DNA of 64,000 bases from Candidatus Kapaibacterium sp. (GCA_963664875.1 OY761611.1:2528001-2592000); one strand, 5' to 3'; positions 1-10,121 are shown, counted from the first letter of the stretch. Program-made: numbers and translations. The notes: generated by a model not told the origin, from the letters alone.

Positions 1-95
1 TGTTTTAGTTCTTTGACATTAGCAAACCCTTCATTGGGTATTGCCATCAAGAAGCTAAGGCATAGAACGAGGGTAATAAGTAGATTTTTCCTCAT
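1..95 (-). CDS. 5' end of a secreted protein running off the window (MRKNLLITLVLCLSFLMAIPNEGFANVKELK...)
   Basis: ATG at 95 on the minus strand, GGAGG RBS at 101-105, signal-peptide-like N-terminus, open to the window edge. Confidence 0.7.
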   Translation of the reverse strand, partial: MRKNLLITLVLCLSFLMAIPNEGFANVKELK

Positions 96-478
96 AATTT
101 CCTCCGAAATCGGAATGTCGTTAATATTCAGTAAATAACTATTGTTTTCTAATAGACAGATATAGGTTTAGTTTGTTACATCTCTTTCAGTAAATATCTT
201 TCAAATATATAAAATAAATCGATAGGTTATTACAAATAATTCAAATTGGGAGGCATTTTTTTAGAAAATATTTCCAATCACAATGATGTTGTCAAAACTG
301 CCCACTAAATCGAAACTTATGTGGTATTTAAAATTGCTATTTTGTAAAAGTTCGAGGACTGTATTACATATATCGTCTGATTATTCCCACATTCTCTTTT
401 GAATTAAAGTAGATATTGTATATACTTGTACAGTAAATCGAACAAATTGTGTTGTATATCAATTATTTTTGAAGCAAA

Positions 479-2500
479 ATGTATAAATATATATTCATAC
501 TCTTCGCTCTTATGTCGTGTATCCAAGTCGCGAATAGTCAAAATCTTACAGAACTTAAACAGATGACTTTAAATGAGACAACTTTTAAGCTGTGGAATAA
601 ATATATTTATGATTACGCACCCGCAGATTCAGCTTTGGACTTGGTTAATCATTTTGCGAGAATACATTTATTTGGAAATAGACCGGCTGTGGCATATCAA
701 GTTTATGATATGTATAGCGGCTTGTTTCCGGCAAAGCAAGATAAAATCAAATCGCTTTTAGATATTTGTCTGAATAGAGCGATTAGCATGAAAGCAAATC
801 AGCAGACTTTTGCACAATACCATAATATAATTGTTAAAAATGCTCCTAAGGAAGAGGCTTTTGTGGCTGTGCAGAAAATCGCTGCACACTATTTGGATTT
901 AAAATCTTTTGATTCAGCGGCAGTCATTTTCAAAGCGTATAAGACATACTTCCCTTTAATGAATAATCGCTTTGATAGCATTGTTAATTTGCTCGAAAGA
1001 GATGAAAAGCAACTCGAAATTACTAATCTCGGAAGCCCTCTAAACACAGCCGCTAATGAATGGGATCCAAATCCCACTCCCGATGGCAAACGGCTTTTCT
1101 TTTCATCAAATAGAGAGGGGACAATTGGAGGAGCTGATATTTGGTTTGCTGATTGTGACTCTTTAGGTTACTCTGAACCGAAGCGTTTAGGGCATGGAGT
1201 AAACGGTAAAAATAAAGAAACTATAGATAATGTCATTTTTGATGGTTCGGGCTTGACTCTTTCCGGAAATTTCGACGGAACATTTGGCAAATATGACATA
1301 TATACCTTTATGGCTGATACGTCCGGAAAATTTTCTTTAAAACATTTGCCCTATCCTATTAATACAGAATATACAGACGAATCTGCAAATATCACTGCGG
1401 ATGGGTGGGCTCTTCTCTTTTGCTCAGACAGAAAAGGTGGCATCGGTGATTTTCACAAAATGGATGAAAACTTTCACGGGAATGCTATGGGCAATACTGA
1501 TTTGTATGTTTCTTTGAAGATAGGTGAGACTTGGAGTGAGCCGATCAATCTTGGGCAAACAATAAATACGCCCTATGCCGAGAGAACGCCTTATCTCCAT
1601 CCTGATGGCAAGACTCTGTACTTTAGCTCCGATGGTCACTATGGATTGGGGGGATTGGATGTGTTTGTGAGTCGTAGGTTGAGCGATACTTCTTGGACGG
1701 ACTGGAGCGAACCTGTTAATCTTGGAAGATTTGTTAATAGCTCCGGAGATGATTGGGGCTATAAAATTTCTTTGGACAGCAAGGTTGCATTCTTTTCGAT
1801 TGCAGAGCTTCCCGGAGGTACTGGTGGATGGGATATTTATAAGATTGAAATGCCGGAGATTGCAAAATCATCACCAATCGCAGTCATTAGCGGTTCCGTT
1901 AGAGATGCGGAAAGTGATTTGCCTCTTTCTGCAGTCATTAAATATGAAGATTTGAGCGACGGCAAGTTATTAGGTGAAATAATCAGTAATCCTGCTACAG
2001 GTGCTTATATGATTGCTTTACCTGCCGGGAAGAACTATGGTATTTTTGTAGAAAAGCGTGGATATGTGCCCAAATCCATAGATATCAATCTTAAAGACAG
2101 CCTCTCGGGAGACTTGGCTTACGATTTTTCTTTGCAGGCAGTTGCTACGGCTGCAAAAAACAAAATTGAAATAACTTTAGAAAACATATATTTTGATTAT
2201 GATAAATCTTCGCTTAAGAAAGAATCTATGCCGGCTTTGAAAAGGTTTGTTGATTTTCTTCAAAAAGAAGATAAATATGACATTCTAATAGAAGGGCATA
2301 CTGACGAACTTGGAAGCGAAGAATATAACCTCCAACTTTCCAAAAAAAGAGCAGATGAAGTCTTTCGTTTTCTAAAAAATACCGGTATAAATTCCGAAAG
2401 AATAACAACAAAAGCTTACGGTGAAACAAAACCTCTATCCAATCAAAAATCAGATTTATCTAAAAACAGAAGAGTCTCTTTCAGGCTCATTCTGAGATAA
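479..2500 (+). CDS. OmpA-family peptidoglycan-binding protein with PD40/WD40-like repeats and a carboxypeptidase-regulatory-like domain (PorE-like architecture)
   Basis: Repeats such as PDGKRLFFSSNR and PDGKTLYFSSDGHYGLGGLDVF; C-terminal IYFDYDKS...IEGHTD...YNLQLSKKRA...NRRV OmpA motif; signal peptide. Confidence 0.9.
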   Translation: MYKYIFILFALMSCIQVANSQNLTELKQMTLNETTFKLWNKYIYDYAPADSALDLVNHFARIHLFGNRPAVAYQVYDMYSGLFPAKQDKIKSLLDICLNRAISMKANQQTFAQYHNIIVKNAPKEEAFVAVQKIAAHYLDLKSFDSAAVIFKAYKTYFPLMNNRFDSIVNLLERDEKQLEITNLGSPLNTAANEWDPNPTPDGKRLFFSSNREGTIGGADIWFADCDSLGYSEPKRLGHGVNGKNKETIDNVIFDGSGLTLSGNFDGTFGKYDIYTFMADTSGKFSLKHLPYPINTEYTDESANITADGWALLFCSDRKGGIGDFHKMDENFHGNAMGNTDLYVSLKIGETWSEPINLGQTINTPYAERTPYLHPDGKTLYFSSDGHYGLGGLDVFVSRRLSDTSWTDWSEPVNLGRFVNSSGDDWGYKISLDSKVAFFSIAELPGGTGGWDIYKIEMPEIAKSSPIAVISGSVRDAESDLPLSAVIKYEDLSDGKLLGEIISNPATGAYMIALPAGKNYGIFVEKRGYVPKSIDINLKDSLSGDLAYDFSLQAVATAAKNKIEITLENIYFDYDKSSLKKESMPALKRFVDFLQKEDKYDILIEGHTDELGSEEYNLQLSKKRADEVFRFLKNTGINSERITTKAYGETKPLSNQKSDLSKNRRVSFRLILR

Positions 2501-2710
2501 AACCCTGCTATAAATAGACTAAGCGGAGTACCTGCTTCCACAGTTGTATATATTCTCATATCCAAAGAGCCAACTTAAAAAATTAAATTGGCTCTTTTAG
2601 TTTTTATTGTGTAACTATATTGCAATATAGATGTCAATTAGTAATATGAAAAAGAAGCAGGCAGTTGCTTGCAATTTAGATAATGATCTTCCAAATTTAG
2701 GAGTAGCCTT

Positions 2711-4081
2711 ATGAAAAGTATTATACTTGTTATGCTAATATGTATGTCGTTTACAGGACTCCTTGCTGAGTATTATGATGAGCCGTATTTGAGCAAAAGA
2801 GATGAATTTATTCCATTTGTGATTTTAAATGATTCGAGTGGAGTACCCTTTTTTTTAAGTTTTAGAAAATATGCCAAATGTAATCCAATGGACAAAACTA
2901 TAGAAATTATAGATAGCATTAAATATAATAGTATTAGCGTGCCTCTAAATACTGGGAATTTAATAAACAGTCACATTGGGATGAAACTAAGTATGAGAGA
3001 TCTTTATATCAATGATTCTGCGCACCTGAATTTTGTGAATATTGACACTTCAATCTTCATAAATCTCCGATATTTTTCTTCCAATTTGTTTCAATTCAAT
3101 AGTACTACCTATAGTAATGGAAAGTTTTGGTTTGGGGGCTTATGGAACTATCTTTACAGATTTGATGAAGAGACTTACGAAATAGATTCAATAGCAGTAG
3201 ATTCATTGAAACTATATCCGTGGGCATTGCAGCATAGGCGTTTTATGCCGTACAAAAACGGAATACTTTATATTTCGCAGGTAGCCAGAAATCTGCACTA
3301 CTATTCTGACGAAGAGCAATGGACAGTAGCGCTTGATTCTATTGCAAAAGCAAATTATAAGAACTGGGGCTATATCCAGCATGTAGATTATTTTGATGGG
3401 AAAGTGATGCTTTCTATAGAAGGTAAAGCAATTTATATCTATGATATAAATCAAAAGACATTGGAAGAAATCAATCTGGACAATACCATAGTTTCTGAAA
3501 AATATAAAAACTATGTAGATTCCGAAGGCAATTTGCTCCTTGAATTTTTTGCCAATTATGATTGCAAAGGAAACATTTTCTTCAGTTTGGAAAGCAATAA
3601 AGAAGGTTTTACGCTCTACAAAATTGATGAGACAAGGGAAATCTCTGAATTCAAATTAGACGGATTTGTCCAAGTTTTCGATGTAACACGCACAGGTCGG
3701 AATTCAAATTGGATTAGAGGATTCATTGGTGATTTTGAAGAGGGGACACAAACATTTAAAGTAGTGGAACATTTTCCTGACGGGACAGGAGTAGAGGGAG
3801 CTCCACCGACACTATTGCCTATAAACGTCTATCCCAATCCGTCAAAAACATATACCAACGTGAAGTTTTATCTGCAACCCAGCACTAAAGCATCTTTGAA
3901 ATGCAGCATTTATAACTATATGGGTAGTCAGATTGCCGAATTAGATAATGAAATCGAATATGACGAAACGACCGGATTTGCAACTAAGAGAATAGAGACC
4001 GGCAGTCTAAACACAGGCATATACTATCTGCTGGTGGACAACGGCAGCGAAAAGCGACTATTTGGCTTTGCAGTTGAATAG
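2711..4081 (+). CDS. T9SS type-A sorting domain secreted protein, paralog 1 (beta-rich, possibly propeller-like core)
   Basis: Signal peptide; CTD with INVYPNPS...IYNYMG...GIYYLLV. Confidence 0.85.
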   Translation: MKSIILVMLICMSFTGLLAEYYDEPYLSKRDEFIPFVILNDSSGVPFFLSFRKYAKCNPMDKTIEIIDSIKYNSISVPLNTGNLINSHIGMKLSMRDLYINDSAHLNFVNIDTSIFINLRYFSSNLFQFNSTTYSNGKFWFGGLWNYLYRFDEETYEIDSIAVDSLKLYPWALQHRRFMPYKNGILYISQVARNLHYYSDEEQWTVALDSIAKANYKNWGYIQHVDYFDGKVMLSIEGKAIYIYDINQKTLEEINLDNTIVSEKYKNYVDSEGNLLLEFFANYDCKGNIFFSLESNKEGFTLYKIDETREISEFKLDGFVQVFDVTRTGRNSNWIRGFIGDFEEGTQTFKVVEHFPDGTGVEGAPPTLLPINVYPNPSKTYTNVKFYLQPSTKASLKCSIYNYMGSQIAELDNEIEYDETTGFATKRIETGSLNTGIYYLLVDNGSEKRLFGFAVE

Positions 4082-4251
4082 GGTAAAAATAAATATCAAA
4101 ATACAAAGAGCCAACTTAAAAAATTAAATAGGCTCTTTTAGTTTTTATTGTGTAACTATATTGCAATATAGATGTCAATTAGTAACATGAAAAAGAAGCA
4201 GGCAGTTGCTTGCAATTTAGATAATGATCTTCCAAATTTAGGAGTATCCTT

Positions 4252-5619
4252 ATGAAAAGTATTATACTTGTTATGTTAATATGTGTGTCGTTTACAGAAC
4301 TCCTTGCGGAGTATTATGACGAACCTTATAAATTTAAAAAGGATGTATTGGTGCCCCTCAATATTGAAACCGATTCTACCGGAACTCCCTTTTTTGCAAG
4401 TACAAATAAATATGCTGTCGGCAATGCGGAGGATAAATCGTTTGAAATTGTTGATAGTATTAGAATAGGCGATGAAATTTACTATTTCAAACAAAATGGA
4501 TTTGGATTTGATTCTCAGTTTTTAAGATTTGGCAAGAAGATGACTATGATGTCTTTTTATTCCAACACTGATACTTCTTTTCTGTGCTTCTTAAATCAAG
4601 ATACTGGACTGATTTTTAGAAATAGGTCTTTTTCTTCAAATATATGGCAAGTCTTTAATAATACGTACAGCAATGGTAAGTTTTGGTTTGGTGGTTTGTG
4701 GGGCTATCTCTATCGCTTTGATGAAAATACATATCAATTAGATTCTATTCGCGTAGATTCTGTAAAACTTTTTCAATGGAAAATCTCATTCCGAAAATTT
4801 GCTCCGTACAAACAAGGCATACTGTATGTATCACAATATGACAATAATCTCCATTATTACTCTGATGAAGAGCAATGGTTTGCAAATATCGATTCGTTAG
4901 CTAAATGGAGCCACGTCTCATTTATGGAATATCATGAAGGTAAAGTACTTCTTTCGACCTATAATAATGAGATATATCTATACGATATAGAGCAAAAGAC
5001 GATGGAAGAGATTGACCTTGCTCAAACAATAATAGCAGAAGACTACAAAAACAAACGAAATCATCTGGGGAACTTAGAATTATCTCCGATAGCAATATTT
5101 GATTGTAAAGGTAACATATATATAAATCTGACGTTCGACGGAGATGCAACATTATATAAAATAAAAGAAGATAGAACTGCCGAAGAGTACAAGATACCCG
5201 GCTTTACAAGAGTTTGGGACGTTACCCGTTCCGGCCGTAATTCAAATTGGTTTAGAGGTTATTATGGTAACTATAATGATTCGGATGCAGCTTATAAAGT
5301 AGTGGAACATTTTCCTGACGGGACAGGATTAGAGGGAGCGCCACCGACACTATTGCCTATAAACGTCTATCCCAATCCATCAAAAACATATACCAACGTG
5401 AAGTTTTATCTGCAACCCAGCACCAAAGCATCTTTGAAATGCAGCATTTATAACTACATGGGTAGTCTGATTGCCGAATTAGATAATGAGATCGAATATG
5501 ACGAAACGACCGGATTTGCAACTAAGAGAATAGAGACCGGCAGTCTAAACACAGGTATATACTATCTGCTGGTGGACAACGGCAGCGAAAAGCGACTATT
5601 TGGCTTTGCAGTAGAATAA
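4252..5619 (+). CDS. T9SS type-A sorting domain secreted protein, paralog 2
   Basis: Signal peptide and CTD nearly identical to paralogs 1 and 3. Confidence 0.85.
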   Translation: MKSIILVMLICVSFTELLAEYYDEPYKFKKDVLVPLNIETDSTGTPFFASTNKYAVGNAEDKSFEIVDSIRIGDEIYYFKQNGFGFDSQFLRFGKKMTMMSFYSNTDTSFLCFLNQDTGLIFRNRSFSSNIWQVFNNTYSNGKFWFGGLWGYLYRFDENTYQLDSIRVDSVKLFQWKISFRKFAPYKQGILYVSQYDNNLHYYSDEEQWFANIDSLAKWSHVSFMEYHEGKVLLSTYNNEIYLYDIEQKTMEEIDLAQTIIAEDYKNKRNHLGNLELSPIAIFDCKGNIYINLTFDGDATLYKIKEDRTAEEYKIPGFTRVWDVTRSGRNSNWFRGYYGNYNDSDAAYKVVEHFPDGTGLEGAPPTLLPINVYPNPSKTYTNVKFYLQPSTKASLKCSIYNYMGSLIAELDNEIEYDETTGFATKRIETGSLNTGIYYLLVDNGSEKRLFGFAVE

Positions 5620-5789
5620 AACAATAAAAATATCAATATCCAAAGAGCCAAGTTAAAAAATTAAATTGGCTCTTTTTAGTTTTTATTGTGTAACTATATT
5701 GCAATATAGATGTCAATTAGTAATATGAAAAAGAAGCATGCTGTGGCTTGCAATTTAGATAATGATCTTCCAAAATTTGGAGTAGCCTT

Positions 5790-7172
5790 ATGAAAAGTAT
5801 TATACTTGTTATGTTAATATGTATGTCGTTTACAGGGCTCCTTGCGGAGTACTATGACGAACCTTATAAATTTAAAAAGGATGTTTTGGTGCCATTCAAG
5901 ATAGAAACCGACTCTGCCGGTACTACCTATTTTACAAGTACAAATAAATACGCTGTTGGTAATGCGGAGGATAAATCGTTTGAAATTGTTGATAGTATTA
6001 GAATTGGTGATGAAATTTACTATTTCGAACAAAATGGATTTGGATATGGTTCTCAGTCTTTAAGATTTGGCAAGAAGATGTCTATGATGACTATTCACAC
6101 AAACACAGATACTTCCTATCTGTGTTTCTTAAATCAAGACACTGCGTTTATATATAATAGAACATACTTTTCTTCAAATATATGGCAAGTCTTTAATAAT
6201 ACGTACAGCAATGGGAAGTTTTGGTTTGGTGGTTTGTGGGGTTATCTCTATCGCTTTGATGAAAATACATATCAATTAGATTCTATTCGCGTAGATTCTG
6301 TAAAACTTTTTCAGTGGAAAATCTCATTCCGAAAATTTGCTCCGTACAAACAAGGCATACTGTATGTATCACAATATGACAATAATCTTCATTATTACTC
6401 AGATGAAGAGCAGTGGTTTGCAAATATCGATTCGTTAGCTAAAAGTAAATTTCCTAAATGGAGCCACGTCTCATTTATGGAATATCATGAAGGTAAAGTA
6501 CTTCTTTCGACCTATAATAATGAGATATATCTATACGATATAGAGCAAAAGACGATGGAAGAGATTGACCTTGCTCAAACAATAATAGCAGAAGACTACA
6601 AAAACAAACGAAATCATCTGGGGAACTTAGAATTATCTCCGATAGCAATATTTGATTGTAAAGGAAACATATATATAAATCTGTACTTCGACGGAGATGC
6701 AACATTATATAAAATAAAAGAAGATAGAACTGCCGAAGAGTACAAGATACCCGGCTTTACAAGAGTTTGGGACGTTGTGCGTTCCGGCCGTAATTCAAAT
6801 TGGTTTAGAGGTTATTATGGTAACTATAATGATTCGGATGCAGCTTATAAAGTAGTGGAACATTTTCCTGACGGGACAGGAGTAGAGGGAGCTCCACCGA
6901 CACTATTGCCTATAAACGTCTATCCCAATCCATCAAAAACATATACCAACGTGAAGTTTTATCTGCAACCCAGCACCAAAGCATCTTTGAAATGCAGCAT
7001 TTATAACTACATGGGTAGTCTGATTGCCGAATTAGATAATGAAATCGAATATGACGAAACGACTGGATTTGCAACTAAGAGAATAGAGACCGGCAGTCTA
7101 AACACAGGTATATACTATCTGCTGGTGGACAACGGCAGCGAAAAGCGACTATTTGGCTTTGCAGTTGAATAA
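5790..7172 (+). CDS. T9SS type-A sorting domain secreted protein, paralog 3
   Basis: Nearly identical to paralog 2 from about residue 128 onward; shared CTD. Confidence 0.85.
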   Translation: MKSIILVMLICMSFTGLLAEYYDEPYKFKKDVLVPFKIETDSAGTTYFTSTNKYAVGNAEDKSFEIVDSIRIGDEIYYFEQNGFGYGSQSLRFGKKMSMMTIHTNTDTSYLCFLNQDTAFIYNRTYFSSNIWQVFNNTYSNGKFWFGGLWGYLYRFDENTYQLDSIRVDSVKLFQWKISFRKFAPYKQGILYVSQYDNNLHYYSDEEQWFANIDSLAKSKFPKWSHVSFMEYHEGKVLLSTYNNEIYLYDIEQKTMEEIDLAQTIIAEDYKNKRNHLGNLELSPIAIFDCKGNIYINLYFDGDATLYKIKEDRTAEEYKIPGFTRVWDVVRSGRNSNWFRGYYGNYNDSDAAYKVVEHFPDGTGVEGAPPTLLPINVYPNPSKTYTNVKFYLQPSTKASLKCSIYNYMGSLIAELDNEIEYDETTGFATKRIETGSLNTGIYYLLVDNGSEKRLFGFAVE

Positions 7173-7197
7173 GACCCAACAATCAAATATATATAAA

Positions 7198-7230
7198 AAA
7201 GAGCCAACTTGATTCAAATTGGCTCTTTTT
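7198..7230. terminator. Bidirectional intrinsic terminator between convergent genes
   Basis: A-run, GAGCCAA..TTGGCTC stem, T-run. Confidence 0.75.
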
Positions 7231-7282
7231 AGTTTAGATATTGTGAATGAGAAGGCAAAGGGATGAAGCCCCTTGTCCAGAA

Positions 7283-8947
7283 CTATATAGATACAGTTTT
7301 TTCATTCATGTTTTCCAAAGCATCTACTATTGCTTTTAGGCATTGTCCGGCGAGCATTCCGTCCACAACTCTGTGGTCATAGGTAAGTGATACGTAAACC
7401 ATATCGCGTGGGACTATAACATCCATACCGTCAATCTGTTTAACAACAGGGCGTTTTTGTATAGCACCAATGCCAAAGATACCTACCTGAGGCTGATTGA
7501 TAATTGGAGTGCCAAATAAAGTGCCGAAAGTACCAACATTTGTGATAGTAAAGGTACCTCCCTGTATATCGTTTGGATCAAGGCGTTTAGATCTTGCTCT
7601 CGAAGCAAGGTCATTAACTGAACGGGCAAGTCCTGTTACGTTCAATGCTTCTGCCGATTTGATAACAGGAACAATAAGGTTGCCGTCGTCAAGAGCAGTT
7701 GCTACGCCAAGATTGATGCGTTTGTGTCTCAAAATATTTTTGCCGTCCACAGAAACGTTTACCATTGGGAACTTTTTCAAACCTTCAATAGCTGCCTGAG
7801 CGAAGAATGGAGTGAAAGTAAGTTTGAAGCCTTCTCTCTTCATAAATTCGTCTTTGAATTTATTTCTGAAGTTAACAATGTTTGTAACATCAGCTTCTGC
7901 AACAGAAGTTACGTGAGGAGAAGTTTGTTTTGAGTAAACCATGTGATCTGCGATAAGCTGGCGAACTCTGTCCATTGGAATCACTTCTACATCGTCACCA
8001 TGTGCAACAGGAGTAGGAGCAGGAGCTGCTTTTGGAGTAGCAGGAACGCTTGCTGCAGGGGCAGCCGCTTGAGCTACCGGAGCTGCAACAGGGGCTGCAC
8101 CACGATTATCAATATAGCTCATTAAGTCTGCTTTGGAAACTCTTCCGCCAACGCCTGAGCCTTTAATTTGTTTAAGCTCTTCGAGAGAAACTTTATTTTC
8201 TTCAGCAATTTTTCTAACTAAAGGTGAGAAGAAATCTTCGCCATCACGAGTAGGAATTTTGTATGTTCCACCGCTTACAGGAGCTGTTATTTGAGTCGGA
8301 GCTACCTGAGCAGCAACATTTGCCACTGGTTTTGCTTCTTTAGGTGCTTGAGCCGGCGTAGCAGCCTGTATAGGAGCATCACCACTTGACATCTTACCGA
8401 TAACTGCACCAACTTCGACGGTTTCGCCTTCCTGAGCGATAATTTCTGCGAGCACACCTGCAACAGGAGATGGCACTTCAGTATCTACTTTATCAGTAGA
8501 AATTTCGAGAACCATTTCGTCTCTTTCTACTTTATCGCCTATGTTTTTAAGCCATTTTGTAATTGTGCCTTCCTGAAGTGATTCGCCCATCTTAGGCATA
8601 ATTAAATCTACAAGGTTGCCACCAGCTGCTACTACAGGAGCTGCATCTTGGGCAGGAGCCTGAGTTCCTTCTTTGGCAGCCGGTGCAGGAGTCGCTACAG
8701 CAGCAGAAGCATCAGTTTCGATATAGGCGATAATAGAACCAACTTCAACAGTTTCGCCTTCTTTAGCAATAACTTCTACAAGAGTTCCTTCGTTAGGAGC
8801 CGGAACTTCTGTGTCAACTTTGTCCGTAGAGATTTCCAAAATCATTTCGTCTCTTTCAACTTTATCGCCAACGTTTTTAAGCCATTTTGTGATAGTGCCT
8901 TCCTGGAGCGATTCACCCATTTTAGGCATTACAACTTCTAATTTCAT
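7283..8947 (-). CDS. sucB: 2-oxo acid dehydrogenase E2 (dihydrolipoamide acyltransferase) with two lipoyl domains
   Basis: Two ISTDKVDTEVP lipoyl motifs, E3-binding GSGVGGRVSK, catalytic YDHRVVDG; substrate specificity (SucB vs PdhC/BkdB) not certain. Confidence 0.85.
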   Translation of the reverse strand: MKLEVVMPKMGESLQEGTITKWLKNVGDKVERDEMILEISTDKVDTEVPAPNEGTLVEVIAKEGETVEVGSIIAYIETDASAAVATPAPAAKEGTQAPAQDAAPVVAAGGNLVDLIMPKMGESLQEGTITKWLKNIGDKVERDEMVLEISTDKVDTEVPSPVAGVLAEIIAQEGETVEVGAVIGKMSSGDAPIQAATPAQAPKEAKPVANVAAQVAPTQITAPVSGGTYKIPTRDGEDFFSPLVRKIAEENKVSLEELKQIKGSGVGGRVSKADLMSYIDNRGAAPVAAPVAQAAAPAASVPATPKAAPAPTPVAHGDDVEVIPMDRVRQLIADHMVYSKQTSPHVTSVAEADVTNIVNFRNKFKDEFMKREGFKLTFTPFFAQAAIEGLKKFPMVNVSVDGKNILRHKRINLGVATALDDGNLIVPVIKSAEALNVTGLARSVNDLASRARSKRLDPNDIQGGTFTITNVGTFGTLFGTPIINQPQVGIFGIGAIQKRPVVKQIDGMDVIVPRDMVYVSLTYDHRVVDGMLAGQCLKAIVDALENMNEKTVSI

Positions 8948-9425
8948 GTTATAACTCCACTATAGAATTTATTTTTGTGTTCTGTGTTACTTTATAGCAT
9001 ATTCTAAGTACGAATAAGAAGCGAAAATATCGTAAACAAATCGTATGTTAAGTCTTTAACAATGGTTCAATATTTTGCTTTGCCAAACAATATTCCTTAA
9101 ACGGAACAAACTTATCCTTATTGCCACTAAAGAATATATAGCATCAAAACGATATAGGGCATAGTAGAAGCTGATGAATTTGAACTGTAGAATATTTTTT
9201 TTGCAAAAATTTATGTAAATTGCAGATATTCAAAACATTTAACATGTAAAGACTTGTCAAAGAAGTGAATTGACAGGCTGTAGCTGATAAAATTCTCTTT
9301 ATTTATCTTAGAGGTAAAATATTTAGAGAGAAAAATTATCTATACTATTGCTAAAAGGTACATACTTTTTTGACAAGTTTTTATGTTTGGATTAAAGAAT
9401 TATATCGGAATAGGAGAAAGGAAAA

Positions 9426-10121
9426 ATGGCTAAAAACCCCGGCAAAAAGACATTAAGATCAACTTCTAATGCTATCAAAGATCTTTATAATACTTATGTA
9501 AAAAACGAAGAACGCGAAATACCTATTACTGATGAAGAAAATGAAAATGCAGAAGAAAATATGCAAGATGAGCTAAATCAGGAAGAAATGGGTGAAGATT
9601 TTGCTTCTCCCGAAGAAATGCACGAGCAAATGATTGCACTTGTGGATCAAATGAATGAGCTTGGCAAAGAAAGAGATGAGCTTAAAGATGCTCTCGTGCG
9701 CAAAGTAGCCGAACTCGAAAACCTAAGAAAACGCTCAATAAGAGAAAAACAGGAAATGATCGAATATGCAAATGAAAGATTGCTATTCAGATTCCTGGAG
9801 CTTTTAGATGATATGTCTAACGCAGTTGGTGCTGGCAAAAAAAGCGATGATTATGCTACTTTGCTTCAGGGGCTTGAAATGATTCACTCTAAAGCAGTAA
9901 AATTCTTTGAAGATAACGGTGTCAAACGCATGGAAGATGCTGTTGGCAAAGAGTTTAATGTAGATTATCACGAAGCTATGATGCATACTCCTCATCCGGA
10001 AATCGGAGAGGGCTGTGTGGTGCAGGTAATACAACCGGGCTATATGATGCACGAAAAAGTTTTGAGACACGCTAGGGTTATTACGTCTGCCGGTAAACCG
10101 CAGGCTACTGAAGATAACTAA
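9426..10121 (+). CDS. grpE: Nucleotide exchange factor GrpE
   Basis: AELENLRKR, FNVDYHEAMM, QPGYMMHEKVLRHARV; adjacent to dnaJ. Confidence 0.95.
   Translation: MAKNPGKKTLRSTSNAIKDLYNTYVKNEEREIPITDEENENAEENMQDELNQEEMGEDFASPEEMHEQMIALVDQMNELGKERDELKDALVRKVAELENLRKRSIREKQEMIEYANERLLFRFLELLDDMSNAVGAGKKSDDYATLLQGLEMIHSKAVKFFEDNGVKRMEDAVGKEFNVDYHEAMMHTPHPEIGEGCVVQVIQPGYMMHEKVLRHARVITSAGKPQATEDN

Larger units (their letters stand above)
2564..7228 (+). repeat. Tandem triplication of an ~1.54 kb unit (hairpin + promoter region + T9SS cargo gene), with a fourth hairpin copy closing the array
   Basis: Near-identical upstream regions at ~2564-2710, ~4105-4251 and ~5642-5789; near-identical last ~325 nt of each gene; AAAGAGCCAA..TTGGCTCTTT hairpin at 2564, 4105, 5642 and 7198. 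Confidence 0.95.

Noticed and set aside
2711-7172. Diversity-generating retroelement explanation for the paralog variation
   Set aside because: Differences are not adenine-specific, include many synonymous changes, and no reverse transcriptase is in the window
2564-7228. Integron cassette array with attC sites
   Set aside because: The hairpins lack clear RYYYAAC/GTTRRRY ends, look like terminators, and no integrase is present
8948-9425. CIRCE element upstream of grpE
   Set aside because: No TTAGCACTC-N9-GAGTGCTAA match found
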